Shown here: positions 18,827 to 27,454 of the stretch, in pieces
How positions within the stretch are numbered: the first letter of the stretch is position 1
Layout: each line of letters starts with the position of its first letter
Assembly (NCBI GenBank): GCA_029261055.1
Contig: JAJDCA010000065.1
Span: 9,581 to 73,580 of the forward strand
DNA: 64,000 bases
Source of the DNA: Candidatus Omnitrophota bacterium
GTDB taxonomy: Bacteria > Omnitrophota > Gorgyraeia > Zapsychrales > Zapsychraceae
Direction: 5' to 3'
The notes under the pieces: model-generated
The model's database searches: none
Told to the model about the DNA's origin: nothing
Seen by the model: only the letters and a program-made list of their open reading frames with translations
Position numbers and translations under genes: made by a program

Positions 18827-19342
18827 ATGAAAAAATTAATCCTAGCCCTAATTGTGGCCATAGCCACAGGATTCACATCCCTATCCTATGCCCAAGAAAC
18901 CAAAACTATTACACTGACAGACGGCTCAAATCTCAAAGGCCAAGTCGTTTCATTTGAAAATGATGTTTATACAATTGAAACGCCCCATTTGGGTGAAATT
19001 GAAATTGATGACGCCGATATCCTCAGCATAAATGCCGGAAATGCTCTGCCGACACAAAACACGCCTAACAATGACCCATCATCCTCAAGAGATGCGCAGT
19101 TAAAAAATCAAGTCATGCAAATCCAAAGCAGTGTAATGTCCGACCCTTCCCTAATGGAAGATATTGAAGGGTTATTGGAAGATGAAGGTATTCGATCTAT
19201 TCTTGCTGATCAAAATTTTGTCAATGATGTCATGAGCTATGACATGAACAAAATCGAGCAAAATTCCAATACACAAGAGTTAATGCAAAATCCCTCGATC
19301 CAGGCATTAATGGAAAAAATCAATCAGAAAGTGGCCCCGTAA
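18827..19342 (+). CDS. secreted hypothetical protein
   Basis: Signal peptide MKKLILALIVAIATGFTSLSYA, then an N-terminal ITLTDGSNLKGQVV...YTIET module, then an acidic Q/N/M-rich tail. Confidence 0.5.
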   Translation: MKKLILALIVAIATGFTSLSYAQETKTITLTDGSNLKGQVVSFENDVYTIETPHLGEIEIDDADILSINAGNALPTQNTPNNDPSSSRDAQLKNQVMQIQSSVMSDPSLMEDIEGLLEDEGIRSILADQNFVNDVMSYDMNKIEQNSNTQELMQNPSIQALMEKINQKVAP

Positions 19343-19357
19343 GAAATTAAGTAGAAA

Positions 19358-20392
19358 TTACTTTTTCTTAATTCGTAACTGCCCGCAAGCGGCAGCAATG
19401 TCTTGTCCACGAGGACTGCGGATAGTGGCATGAATTCCAAAACTTTTTAACTGATCACGAAATTTAAACATATCTTGACGTGATGGCGTTTTATGATTGA
19501 ACTCTAAGACGGGATTATAAGGTATAAGGTTCATCTTACAAATCAACCCTTTGAATGCTTTTTTTAAAGCTTTAATTGCTTTTTCTGAGCACGTCACACC
19601 TTTAATAAGGATATATTCAAATGTAATCTGTCTACGATAATTCCTTTGATAATCTTTACAGGCTTGAATCAAATCATCGAAGGGATACTTCTTGTTAACT
19701 GGCATAAGGACATCTCTAGATTCATTATCATATCCGTGCAAAGAAATGGCTAATTCAATCTGAAGTCCTTCTCTTCCCAATTGTAAAATGTTTGGAATAA
19801 CCCCGCATGTAGAAACTGTTATCCTTCGCGCCCCGATGTTAATGCCTTTTTTATGATTAATAATCCGAATTGCTTTCATCAAATTTGAAAAATTATCCAG
19901 CGGCTCTCCCACCCCCATAAAAACAATATGCGACAATGGATTATCATGTTTTTGAGCCTCTTCTTTGACGTACAATACTTGATTCATTATTTCAGCGACC
20001 GAAAGATTTCTCTTCCAACCACCAATACCACTGGCACAGAATTTACAACCAAACTTACACCCTGCCTGAGTCGAAATACATACCGTTGTCCTACTTTTAA
20101 CGGGAATAAGCACTGTCTCAATTTTCTCATTATCATTAAGATCAAATAAAATTTTCGTTGTACCATCAGAAGAAATTTGCTTTTCTCCTACTTTTGGCTC
20201 AAAAAATACAAAATCTGATTGTAATCGCTTTTGGAGATGAGAAGAAAGATTGGTCATCTGAGAAAAATGTTTAACCTGCTTCTGATAAATCCATTCAAAT
20301 ATCTGACCTGCCCGAAACGCAGATTCCCCGATGGATTTCATGTACGCCAATAATTCTTCATAGGAAAAATTTCTAATATCAGGGAGGGACAT
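19358..20392 (-). CDS. rlmN: 23S rRNA / tRNA m2A methyltransferase, radical SAM
   Basis: Radical SAM motif CKFGCKFCASG and a C-terminal Cys. The start is set at MSLPDIRNF; the ORF track extends it to 20455, overlapping accA. Confidence 0.85.
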   Translation of the reverse strand: MSLPDIRNFSYEELLAYMKSIGESAFRAGQIFEWIYQKQVKHFSQMTNLSSHLQKRLQSDFVFFEPKVGEKQISSDGTTKILFDLNDNEKIETVLIPVKSRTTVCISTQAGCKFGCKFCASGIGGWKRNLSVAEIMNQVLYVKEEAQKHDNPLSHIVFMGVGEPLDNFSNLMKAIRIINHKKGINIGARRITVSTCGVIPNILQLGREGLQIELAISLHGYDNESRDVLMPVNKKYPFDDLIQACKDYQRNYRRQITFEYILIKGVTCSEKAIKALKKAFKGLICKMNLIPYNPVLEFNHKTPSRQDMFKFRDQLKSFGIHATIRSPRGQDIAAACGQLRIKKK

Positions 20393-20393
20393 C

Positions 20394-21347
20394 TTACTCT
20401 TCTGTGTATTCGCCAATATTACGAAAACGATTGTAACGATGATCAAGGAGCTCATCTTTGGAAAGGGCAGATAAATCTCGAATATAATCTAGAAGAACTT
20501 TTTTAAGGTGAGTTACCACCATATCCGGGTCTTTATGCACACCACCGAGAGGTTCTGGGATAATTTCATCAATAATACCAAATTTTTTAAGATATTCCCC
20601 TGTGAATTTTAATGCGGCTGCTGCCTCTGGAGCCTTCACGCTATTACGCCATAAAATAGAAGCACAACCTTCCGGGGAAATTACAGAATAATATGAATGT
20701 TGCAAAATACAAACACGATCAGCCACACCAATACCTAAAGCCCCACCGCTACCACCTTCACCAATAACTGTCATAATAATCGGGACCGTTATTCCAACCA
20801 TGTCACGTAAGTTTTCCGCAATGGCCTGAGCCTGACCTCTCTCCTCAGCCCCAACGCCGGGATACGCGCCTGGTGTGTCGACAAAAATAATAATAGGCAA
20901 TTGAAATTTCTCAGCCATTAACATTAAACGCCTCGCCTTACGATACCCTTCAGGATGTGCACATCCAAAATTCCGCATAATATTTTCTTTAGTATCTCGA
21001 CCTTTTTGATGCCCCATAACCATCACTTTTTGCCCGTTTAACTCTGCAAAACCTGCCACCAGGGCCAAATCATCGACAAACTGCCGATCACCATGCAATT
21101 CAACAAAATTAGACATCATCATACGAATATAATCAAACGTATACGGTCGGTCAGGATGTCTGGCGATTTGAACCCTCTGCCAGGCTGTAAGGTTACTGTA
21201 AATTTTGGATTTCATATGTTCCAATTTCTCAGTAAGCTTTTCCACTTCCGGCTCAATAGCAATATTTTTGTCAGAACCAAAACTTCTTAGCTCTTCAATT
21301 TTTGCTTCTAACTCTACAATAGGTTTTTCAAAATCTAGAATGGCCAT
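20394..21347 (-). CDS. accA: acetyl-CoA carboxylase carboxyltransferase alpha subunit
   Basis: 317 aa with colinear AccA motifs throughout (PGAYPGVGAEERGQAQAIA). Confidence 0.9.
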   Translation of the reverse strand: MAILDFEKPIVELEAKIEELRSFGSDKNIAIEPEVEKLTEKLEHMKSKIYSNLTAWQRVQIARHPDRPYTFDYIRMMMSNFVELHGDRQFVDDLALVAGFAELNGQKVMVMGHQKGRDTKENIMRNFGCAHPEGYRKARRLMLMAEKFQLPIIIFVDTPGAYPGVGAEERGQAQAIAENLRDMVGITVPIIMTVIGEGGSGGALGIGVADRVCILQHSYYSVISPEGCASILWRNSVKAPEAAAALKFTGEYLKKFGIIDEIIPEPLGGVHKDPDMVVTHLKKVLLDYIRDLSALSKDELLDHRYNRFRNIGEYTEE

Positions 21348-21349
21348 AA

Positions 21350-22168
21350 TTAATCCACAATTACCACTTCTGTTCCCATAGGAACTAAACTGTACAACTC
21401 TTCTACCTGTTCATTATGCATACGCACACAGCCAGCCGTAACCTGCTGACCTATCGTTTCCGGCTCAACGGTTCCATGAATACCATATCCAGGTATGTTA
21501 AATCCAAGCCAGCGGCTTCCCAACACATTACTGGGACTTTCCGGCGGCACAACGATTCCCCTATTAAACCAAACAGGATCTTTTAATTTAGTTGAAACCT
21601 TAAATGTCCCGACAGGCGTAATATTATTTTCCCCCGTTGAAACATTATATACTTTAACAACCTCTTCACCGTCTTTCAAAATAAGAATATTCTGAGATTT
21701 ATCGACATAAATATTAAACGTACCCGTCCAAATACGAAGTTTTCGGCCGATACGAATAATATTATTTTTAAGGTTATTGTTAATTTTAATAAGTTCAATG
21801 GTGGTATTATATTTCTTTGCTAGCTTTCCCAGAGTATCGCCACTCACAACATCATGCATCACAGTTTGCGACGTTGGGGTATTGGAAAAAATAATTTTAA
21901 GATTAAGTGCTTCCAGCTCTTTTTGAACAGACTCGACATGCTCATAATCAGAATATTCTGTAAGGATTTTCTGATACGCTTCTTTCGTTTTCACCACATC
22001 TCCATCCTCAATCAAAGCGGCAGCTTGAGTGTAAAGCTCTTGGGCTGTAACTTCCTGTTCCGGCGTAACCTCAACGGCTTCTTGAGTTTTTCGTCCTGAT
22101 AACCCTACCCAAATAAAAACACCTAAAAGTACGACAGCTCCACCAATCAAAATTTTTCTATTATTCAT
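21350..22168 (-). CDS. LysM domain L,D-transpeptidase (YkuD family)
   Basis: N-terminal TM/signal, a LysM motif (VVSGDTLGKLAKKYNTTIELIKINN), and the catalytic HGT...GCVRM motif. Confidence 0.8.
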   Translation of the reverse strand: MNNRKILIGGAVVLLGVFIWVGLSGRKTQEAVEVTPEQEVTAQELYTQAAALIEDGDVVKTKEAYQKILTEYSDYEHVESVQKELEALNLKIIFSNTPTSQTVMHDVVSGDTLGKLAKKYNTTIELIKINNNLKNNIIRIGRKLRIWTGTFNIYVDKSQNILILKDGEEVVKVYNVSTGENNITPVGTFKVSTKLKDPVWFNRGIVVPPESPSNVLGSRWLGFNIPGYGIHGTVEPETIGQQVTAGCVRMHNEQVEELYSLVPMGTEVVIVD

Positions 22169-22275
22169 GAACTAATCTCCTAAATTTAGAATTTCCAGCC
22201 GTATAGGAAAGTATAAAACTTTCCTATCAGCACCAAAAATCGCCTCAAGTTATCGTTGTAGGCGATTTTCTTGCC

Positions 22276-22719
22276 TCACCAAGCTCGATAAAAAATCCAT
22301 GCCAAGCCAATCCCTAAAAAACCACCGATAATAACCTGCAAAGGGGAATGCCCTATAAGCTCCATAAGACGATCTCCTTCAAGCTTTCCTTTCCAATAAA
22401 TGTCATCCAATACCTGATTAAGGATAGCCGCCTGTTGACCAGCACACCGTCGAACTCCTTGAGCATCAAACATCGTTACAATCGCAAAAACCGTAGCCAA
22501 AGCAAACACGACAGATTGAAAACCTTCCTGCAAACCGCAGCTGGTAGCCAAAGCCGTAGCTCCGGCGGCATGACTGGATGGCATCCCTCCAGTTCCAATA
22601 AACCACTTAAAATTGAATCGCTTCTCACGAAAAACCCCTAAAACAACCTTCAATCCCTGAGCAATCGCCCAAACGGACATCGTAATAAGCAATATTTTAT
22701 TCTGAAAAATCGCGTTCAT
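22276..22719 (-). CDS. divergent PAP2-family membrane protein (DUF212)
   Basis: 147 aa with TM helices and a PSSHAA phosphatase-like motif. Confidence 0.7.
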   Translation of the reverse strand: MNAIFQNKILLITMSVWAIAQGLKVVLGVFREKRFNFKWFIGTGGMPSSHAAGATALATSCGLQEGFQSVVFALATVFAIVTMFDAQGVRRCAGQQAAILNQVLDDIYWKGKLEGDRLMELIGHSPLQVIIGGFLGIGLAWIFYRAW

Positions 22720-22853
22720 TGCCCACCATTATAATCGGCGACTTTGAAAATGCAAGGGGTTTTGAAGGTAGGTATTCCATAAATTTTAATATTATATTTC
22801 GAAAAAGAATAGATCACATTTATGTGTCATTGATAAAAACCCCCCTCAGAAAT

Positions 22854-23375
22854 TTATCTAGCATGAAATCCAATAGATCCTTTAGATTTCGTAGGTGGCT
22901 CTAGCAGGCGCTTGATCGCTTCGAAAACAATTTGGAATTGGTGATCATATTTTTTCTCCATCTTTTCAATCTTCTCACGCAAGTCGCGGTGCTCGATCAT
23001 CAGTTCACGGAGTTTTGCGAAGGTGCGCATGATTTGAATATTGACCTGAATAGCTCGCTTACTGTTGAGTACACTGGAAAGCATGAGAATACCATACTCT
23101 GTAAAGGCATAGGGTAATTTGCGTGGGCCTCCCCAACTTGAAGTGCCAAAATGGCACTTCAAGTTTGCAACCTCTTGTTGTGTAAGGGGTAATAAGAAAT
23201 CTACTGGAAACCGATCTTTATTACGGCGTACCTGTCGTGTTAAATGTTTTGTTTCCACACCATAAAGCTCTGCCAAATCTTTATCTAACATGACCTTCCT
23301 CCCACGAATCAACAAAATTTTGTTTTGGATGATTTCTTCGGGAACTATTTTGGTTATTATTTTCTTTGTTGTCAT
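22854..23375 (-). CDS. ORF6N-domain (KilA-N-related) protein, paralog A
   Basis: N-terminal LIRGRKVMLDKDLAELYGVETKHLTRQVRRNKDRFPVDF matches the ORF6N domain, with a C-terminal coiled coil. It contains a perfect 13+3+13 palindrome at 23136-23164. Confidence 0.7.
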   Translation of the reverse strand: MTTKKIITKIVPEEIIQNKILLIRGRKVMLDKDLAELYGVETKHLTRQVRRNKDRFPVDFLLPLTQQEVANLKCHFGTSSWGGPRKLPYAFTEYGILMLSSVLNSKRAIQVNIQIMRTFAKLRELMIEHRDLREKIEKMEKKYDHQFQIVFEAIKRLLEPPTKSKGSIGFHAR

Positions 23376-23408
23376 TTTTTAATCCTTTCATAAATTATTT
23401 AGCATCAC

Positions 23409-24968
23409 TCACCGCCCCCAGCTTCGATCCAGACTCCGATACTGTATCGCCTCGGCGATGTGGTCGGGTTGGATGCTTGATTGACCGTCCAAATCGGCAA
23501 TCGTGCGGGCGACTTTGAGGATTTTGTCGTGGGCACGGGCGGAAAGGGTGAGTTCATCAATAGCTCTCCTGAGCAAATCTTTGCCTTCATCAGTCAAGGC
23601 ACAATGTGTCCGAATTCTTTTTTGATTTAAATGGGCATTTGTAAATATTTTCTCTGGTGGTGCCAAAAGATTAATTTCGTCTTGAGATCTTTTTTGCTGA
23701 ACCTCACGCGCCGCAACAGTTCTCTTTTTGATAGCTGCCGAAGCCTCTCCTCTATTACCGACAGTCATTAATTCCACAGACTTCAGCGAAGGTACTTCTA
23801 AATGAATATCAATACGATCAAGCAAAGGGCCGGATATTTTGGACATATAGCGTTGAATTTGATTAGGATTGCAATGACACTCTTTCGCTGGATCTGAATA
23901 CCAACCACACGGACAAGGATTCATCGTCGCAATCAGCATAAAACGTGAAGGAAAACGAACGGTTTGGCTGGCACGAGAAATAGTTACCTGATGATCTTCT
24001 AAAGGCTGCCGTAAAGATTCCAATACATTGCGGCTAAACTCAGGCAATTCATCCAAAAACAAAATCCCATTATGCGCCAACGTCACTTCACCCGGCCGGG
24101 GCATTGACCCGCCGCCAACCAAAGCCACATCGGAACTTGTATGATGCGGTGAACGAAAAGGACGCTGATGAATAATCCCACGATTAGCCTGTACCAATCC
24201 CACCACTGAATGAATTTTAGTAGTTTCCAGAGCCTCATCGAGTATCATATCAGGCAATATCGTCAACATCCGTCTGGCAAGCATGGTCTTACCGCTTCCC
24301 GGAGGGCCTATCAAAAGAACATTGTGTCCTCCAGCCGCTGCAATTTCCAAACCCCGTTTAACATGCGCCTGCCCTTTAACCTCGGAAAAATCTGTATCGT
24401 AAAAATTAACCTTATTCCACAAAGATTCCATATTAACTTTAAAAGGCTCAATAATCGTAGGGTTTTGAAAAAAATACACGACTTCGTTGAGCGTCTTCGC
24501 CGGATAAACGGAAACATTCTTAGTCACAGCCGCCTCTGCAGCATTAGCCAATGGAAGAATCATTCCTTGAAATTGATCTGTTTCAAGAGACATGGTAATA
24601 GGCAAAACCCCTTTTATGGGTTGAATACGTCCATCTAAAGAAAGCTCACCCAATAGGACATAATTTTTCAAAGGCGTAATATCAATTTGTTCACTGGCTG
24701 CAAGAATCCCCAAAGCGATCGCTAAATCAAAAGAAGGCCCTTCCTTTTTAACATCCGCCGGAGAAAGGTTCACCGTAATCCGTCCCATTGGAAAATCGTA
24801 ACCACTATTCTTAATCGCCGAACGTACCCTCTCCTTACTTTCCCGCACCGCACTGTCTGGCAAACCTACAATATGCACACATGGCAATCCCCGCGACACA
24901 TGCACCTCAATAATAATCGGATAGGCATCCAATCCGGCAATACTATAACTACATACTTTGGCTAACAT
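23409..24968 (-). CDS. comM: YifB/ComM-family Mg-chelatase-like AAA+ ATPase
   Basis: 519 aa with an N-terminal Lon-like domain, Walker A GPPGSGKT, sensor motifs, a Cys cluster CPCGWYSD..CHC and a C-terminal Mg_chelatase_C region. Confidence 0.9.
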   Translation of the reverse strand: MLAKVCSYSIAGLDAYPIIIEVHVSRGLPCVHIVGLPDSAVRESKERVRSAIKNSGYDFPMGRITVNLSPADVKKEGPSFDLAIALGILAASEQIDITPLKNYVLLGELSLDGRIQPIKGVLPITMSLETDQFQGMILPLANAAEAAVTKNVSVYPAKTLNEVVYFFQNPTIIEPFKVNMESLWNKVNFYDTDFSEVKGQAHVKRGLEIAAAGGHNVLLIGPPGSGKTMLARRMLTILPDMILDEALETTKIHSVVGLVQANRGIIHQRPFRSPHHTSSDVALVGGGSMPRPGEVTLAHNGILFLDELPEFSRNVLESLRQPLEDHQVTISRASQTVRFPSRFMLIATMNPCPCGWYSDPAKECHCNPNQIQRYMSKISGPLLDRIDIHLEVPSLKSVELMTVGNRGEASAAIKKRTVAAREVQQKRSQDEINLLAPPEKIFTNAHLNQKRIRTHCALTDEGKDLLRRAIDELTLSARAHDKILKVARTIADLDGQSSIQPDHIAEAIQYRSLDRSWGR

Positions 24969-25522
24969 TATTTGCTCTCCTTTTTAGTCCTCGGGGGATG
25001 AAATCCAATAAGTTTCTTACGCTTTACCGGGGGATCGATTAAGCATTTGATTGCATCAAAAACTACTTTGAATTGATAATCATATTTTTCCTCCATCACT
25101 TCGATCTTTCGCTTCAAATCTTTATGAGTTACCATCAACTCTCTAAACTTTACGAATGTTTTCATGATTTGAATATTGACCTGAATAGCTCGCTTGCTAT
25201 TTAAAACACTTGAACGCATCAGGATGCCGTGTTCCGTGAAGGCAGATGGAAGTTTACGCGTACCTCCCCAACTTGAAGTCACAAATTGTGACTTCAAGTT
25301 TGAAACCTCTTCCCTTGTAAGAAGAAACATAAATTCGACTGGAAACCGACCCTGATTACGTTTTACAGCTTGATTAAGTACTTTTGTATCAACACCATAA
25401 AGTATTGCTAAATCTTTATCCAACATGACTTTCTGCCCTCTTATGAATAGAATCTTAATTTCTATCATGTCTTGAGCAACAACACTTGCAAAAGTATTTT
25501 TCTCTTTAACCATACAGATCAT
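24968..25522 (-). CDS. ORF6N-domain (KilA-N-related) protein, paralog B
   Basis: FIRGQKVMLDKDLAILYGVDTKVLNQAVKRNQGRFPVEF. It shares identical 30-nt blocks with paralog A at the DNA level and contains the equivalent palindrome at 25268-25296. Confidence 0.7.
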   Translation of the reverse strand: MICMVKEKNTFASVVAQDMIEIKILFIRGQKVMLDKDLAILYGVDTKVLNQAVKRNQGRFPVEFMFLLTREEVSNLKSQFVTSSWGGTRKLPSAFTEHGILMRSSVLNSKRAIQVNIQIMKTFVKFRELMVTHKDLKRKIEVMEEKYDYQFKVVFDAIKCLIDPPVKRKKLIGFHPPRTKKESK

Positions 25523-25667
25523 TCCTTTCTCTAAATTATTGGGGAAATCAAAAAATCAGTGGGGATGTATTCTTGGGGAATTGTGCTGCTTATTGGGGAA
25601 TGTTGATGCTTAACTTATCATACTCGATAATGCGCGTCAACCTGTTCGACAATCTCAAGGTTTACTC

Positions 25668-27293
25668 TTAGTCCAAAGGCAATTCGATAATTACTTCTGT
25701 TCCGGAACCCTCTTCACTTTTCACACTGATTTTACCACGATGATTTTCCATAATTCCTTGTGCAATGGACAAACCCAACCCCGTATGCCCTTCTTTTAAA
25801 CTAAAAAAAGGATCAAATATTTTAAGAAGTTCTTTCGCATCTATACCACAGCCTGTATCTTTGAATATGATTTGAAAAAAACCACCACCTTCTTTAACTT
25901 CAATCCAAAGCTTTTCATTATGCTCCATTGCCTCAACAGAATTCATAATAATATTCAAAAAAGCCTGCCGTATCTGATTAGAATCAATATGCAGGATAAT
26001 GTTCTTATTCATTTCAAAATTCTTAGAAATTTGAATATTTCGTTCAAAAAAATTACTTTTTAACAAATCAATAGTATCATTCAATAATTTAAGAACATCT
26101 GTATCATCCATAGAAGGCGGCGCCGGATGACTGTAATCTTTAAGAAGTTCAATCAAATTATTAATTTTACTCACTTCGCTTTCATGAATTTTGGCAAATT
26201 TCTTTAAAAATTCTTTATCATCTAATTTATTGGGTAAATGATATCCATAGGCTTTCAATGATGTAAGAGGATTTTTTATACCCTCAACAATATTGGCAAT
26301 TAAAGTAGCTAATGTTTTATACCGATCCGTCTGGGACACTTCTTGAAGAAGAAGCTCATTTTCTTCGGCAATCTCAGATTGCGTGCCTTTGTAAAATAGT
26401 TTATCAACAAAATGCTGAATCCGATTCCTTACCGGAATAATCATCATTCCGATGATAAGAGCCGCTCCGATAGAACCCAATATGGTCGTGTAACCTAAAA
26501 CACCTTGCGATAGCCGTTCGAAAAAAATAACCAAAACCAAAAGCGTTAAATAGATACAGCTAATTAATAATGAATACCCAAGACTTTTTTTAACAATAAT
26601 ACTCATATTAAACAGACGATGACGAACCATCGCATATCCCATAATCACTGGATAAAACCCTATTAAGAAATTAGACCATGGATAAATATTTCCGCCAAAA
26701 TAAATAAAAAAGTTACCCTGCCCACCAATCCATCCCACAATAGAAGCAGTAATAAAATATCGCATTTGTTGATGTCTTAACCCCGTAGATTGTTGTAAAT
26801 ACTTCAACATCAAATAAAATGCATACAAAAAAAGCAGTCCATAAAATCCAACAAAAAAAGTCAACCAAAGTGGGCTTTTATGCACCGGCCAATCAACCAC
26901 ATAAAATTGACCAAATGCAAATCTGAGATCGCCTAAAAATAATTCTCTGGCAAAAAAATTGTAAAAAAGAAAAACCCCACCTAAGGTATACAAAATGGCC
27001 AACACATAATCTTTTTTTATTTGTAAAAATGAAAAAACAAAATGAACATACAGTGGTGGAATAAATATTTTGGCAATATACGCAATTTGATACCAAAAGA
27101 AGGCCTTTTCTTTAACGTTTGTTGTCGCAATTTGATACCCACAAAAACCCCAAAGAGCTACCAATAAACTAATCCAACCAAAAATCGTTGTGACCCTTTT
27201 CCCGCTACCTTTTAAAAAAACAAATATCGTCATGATTAAAGTAGAAATCAAAACACATAATGACGATATGGCAAATGGATTGAGTTGTGACAT
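25668..27293 (-). CDS. orphan sensor histidine-kinase-like protein with a 7TM-type N-terminal domain and a degenerate H-box
   Basis: About 9 N-terminal TM helices and a central coiled coil. The HisKA-like box reads VEGIKNPL where AHEIKNPL is expected. The HATPase_c N, G1, F and G2 boxes are intact (NIIMNSVEAM, DTGCGI, FDPFFS, GLGLSIAQ). No response regulator lies nearby. Confidence 0.75.
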   Translation of the reverse strand: MSQLNPFAISSLCVLISTLIMTIFVFLKGSGKRVTTIFGWISLLVALWGFCGYQIATTNVKEKAFFWYQIAYIAKIFIPPLYVHFVFSFLQIKKDYVLAILYTLGGVFLFYNFFARELFLGDLRFAFGQFYVVDWPVHKSPLWLTFFVGFYGLLFLYAFYLMLKYLQQSTGLRHQQMRYFITASIVGWIGGQGNFFIYFGGNIYPWSNFLIGFYPVIMGYAMVRHRLFNMSIIVKKSLGYSLLISCIYLTLLVLVIFFERLSQGVLGYTTILGSIGAALIIGMMIIPVRNRIQHFVDKLFYKGTQSEIAEENELLLQEVSQTDRYKTLATLIANIVEGIKNPLTSLKAYGYHLPNKLDDKEFLKKFAKIHESEVSKINNLIELLKDYSHPAPPSMDDTDVLKLLNDTIDLLKSNFFERNIQISKNFEMNKNIILHIDSNQIRQAFLNIIMNSVEAMEHNEKLWIEVKEGGGFFQIIFKDTGCGIDAKELLKIFDPFFSLKEGHTGLGLSIAQGIMENHRGKISVKSEEGSGTEVIIELPLD

Positions 27294-27381
27294 ACGTAAA
27301 TATCCCTTATTTTTAATAATACCTATTACTTCAAGTATAACATTTTATCTTCTTATTGAGTAGGGAGCGCAAAAACAAAAA

Positions 27382-27420
27382 AATAACGGCCACTTTATTT
27401 TAAAAAAAGTGGCCGTTATT
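27382..27420 (-). terminator. rho-independent terminator (12-bp stem AATAACGGCCAC / GTGGCCGTTATT) downstream of the repeat-protein gene
   Basis: A perfect 12-bp stem with a 15-nt loop. On the minus-strand transcript it is followed by a U-run (plus-strand AAAAACAAAAAAA at 27371-27381). It probably also insulates the kinase gene. Confidence 0.6.
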
Positions 27421-27454
27421 TCTTTACTGTATGTAGATCTACCCATCACCTAAT

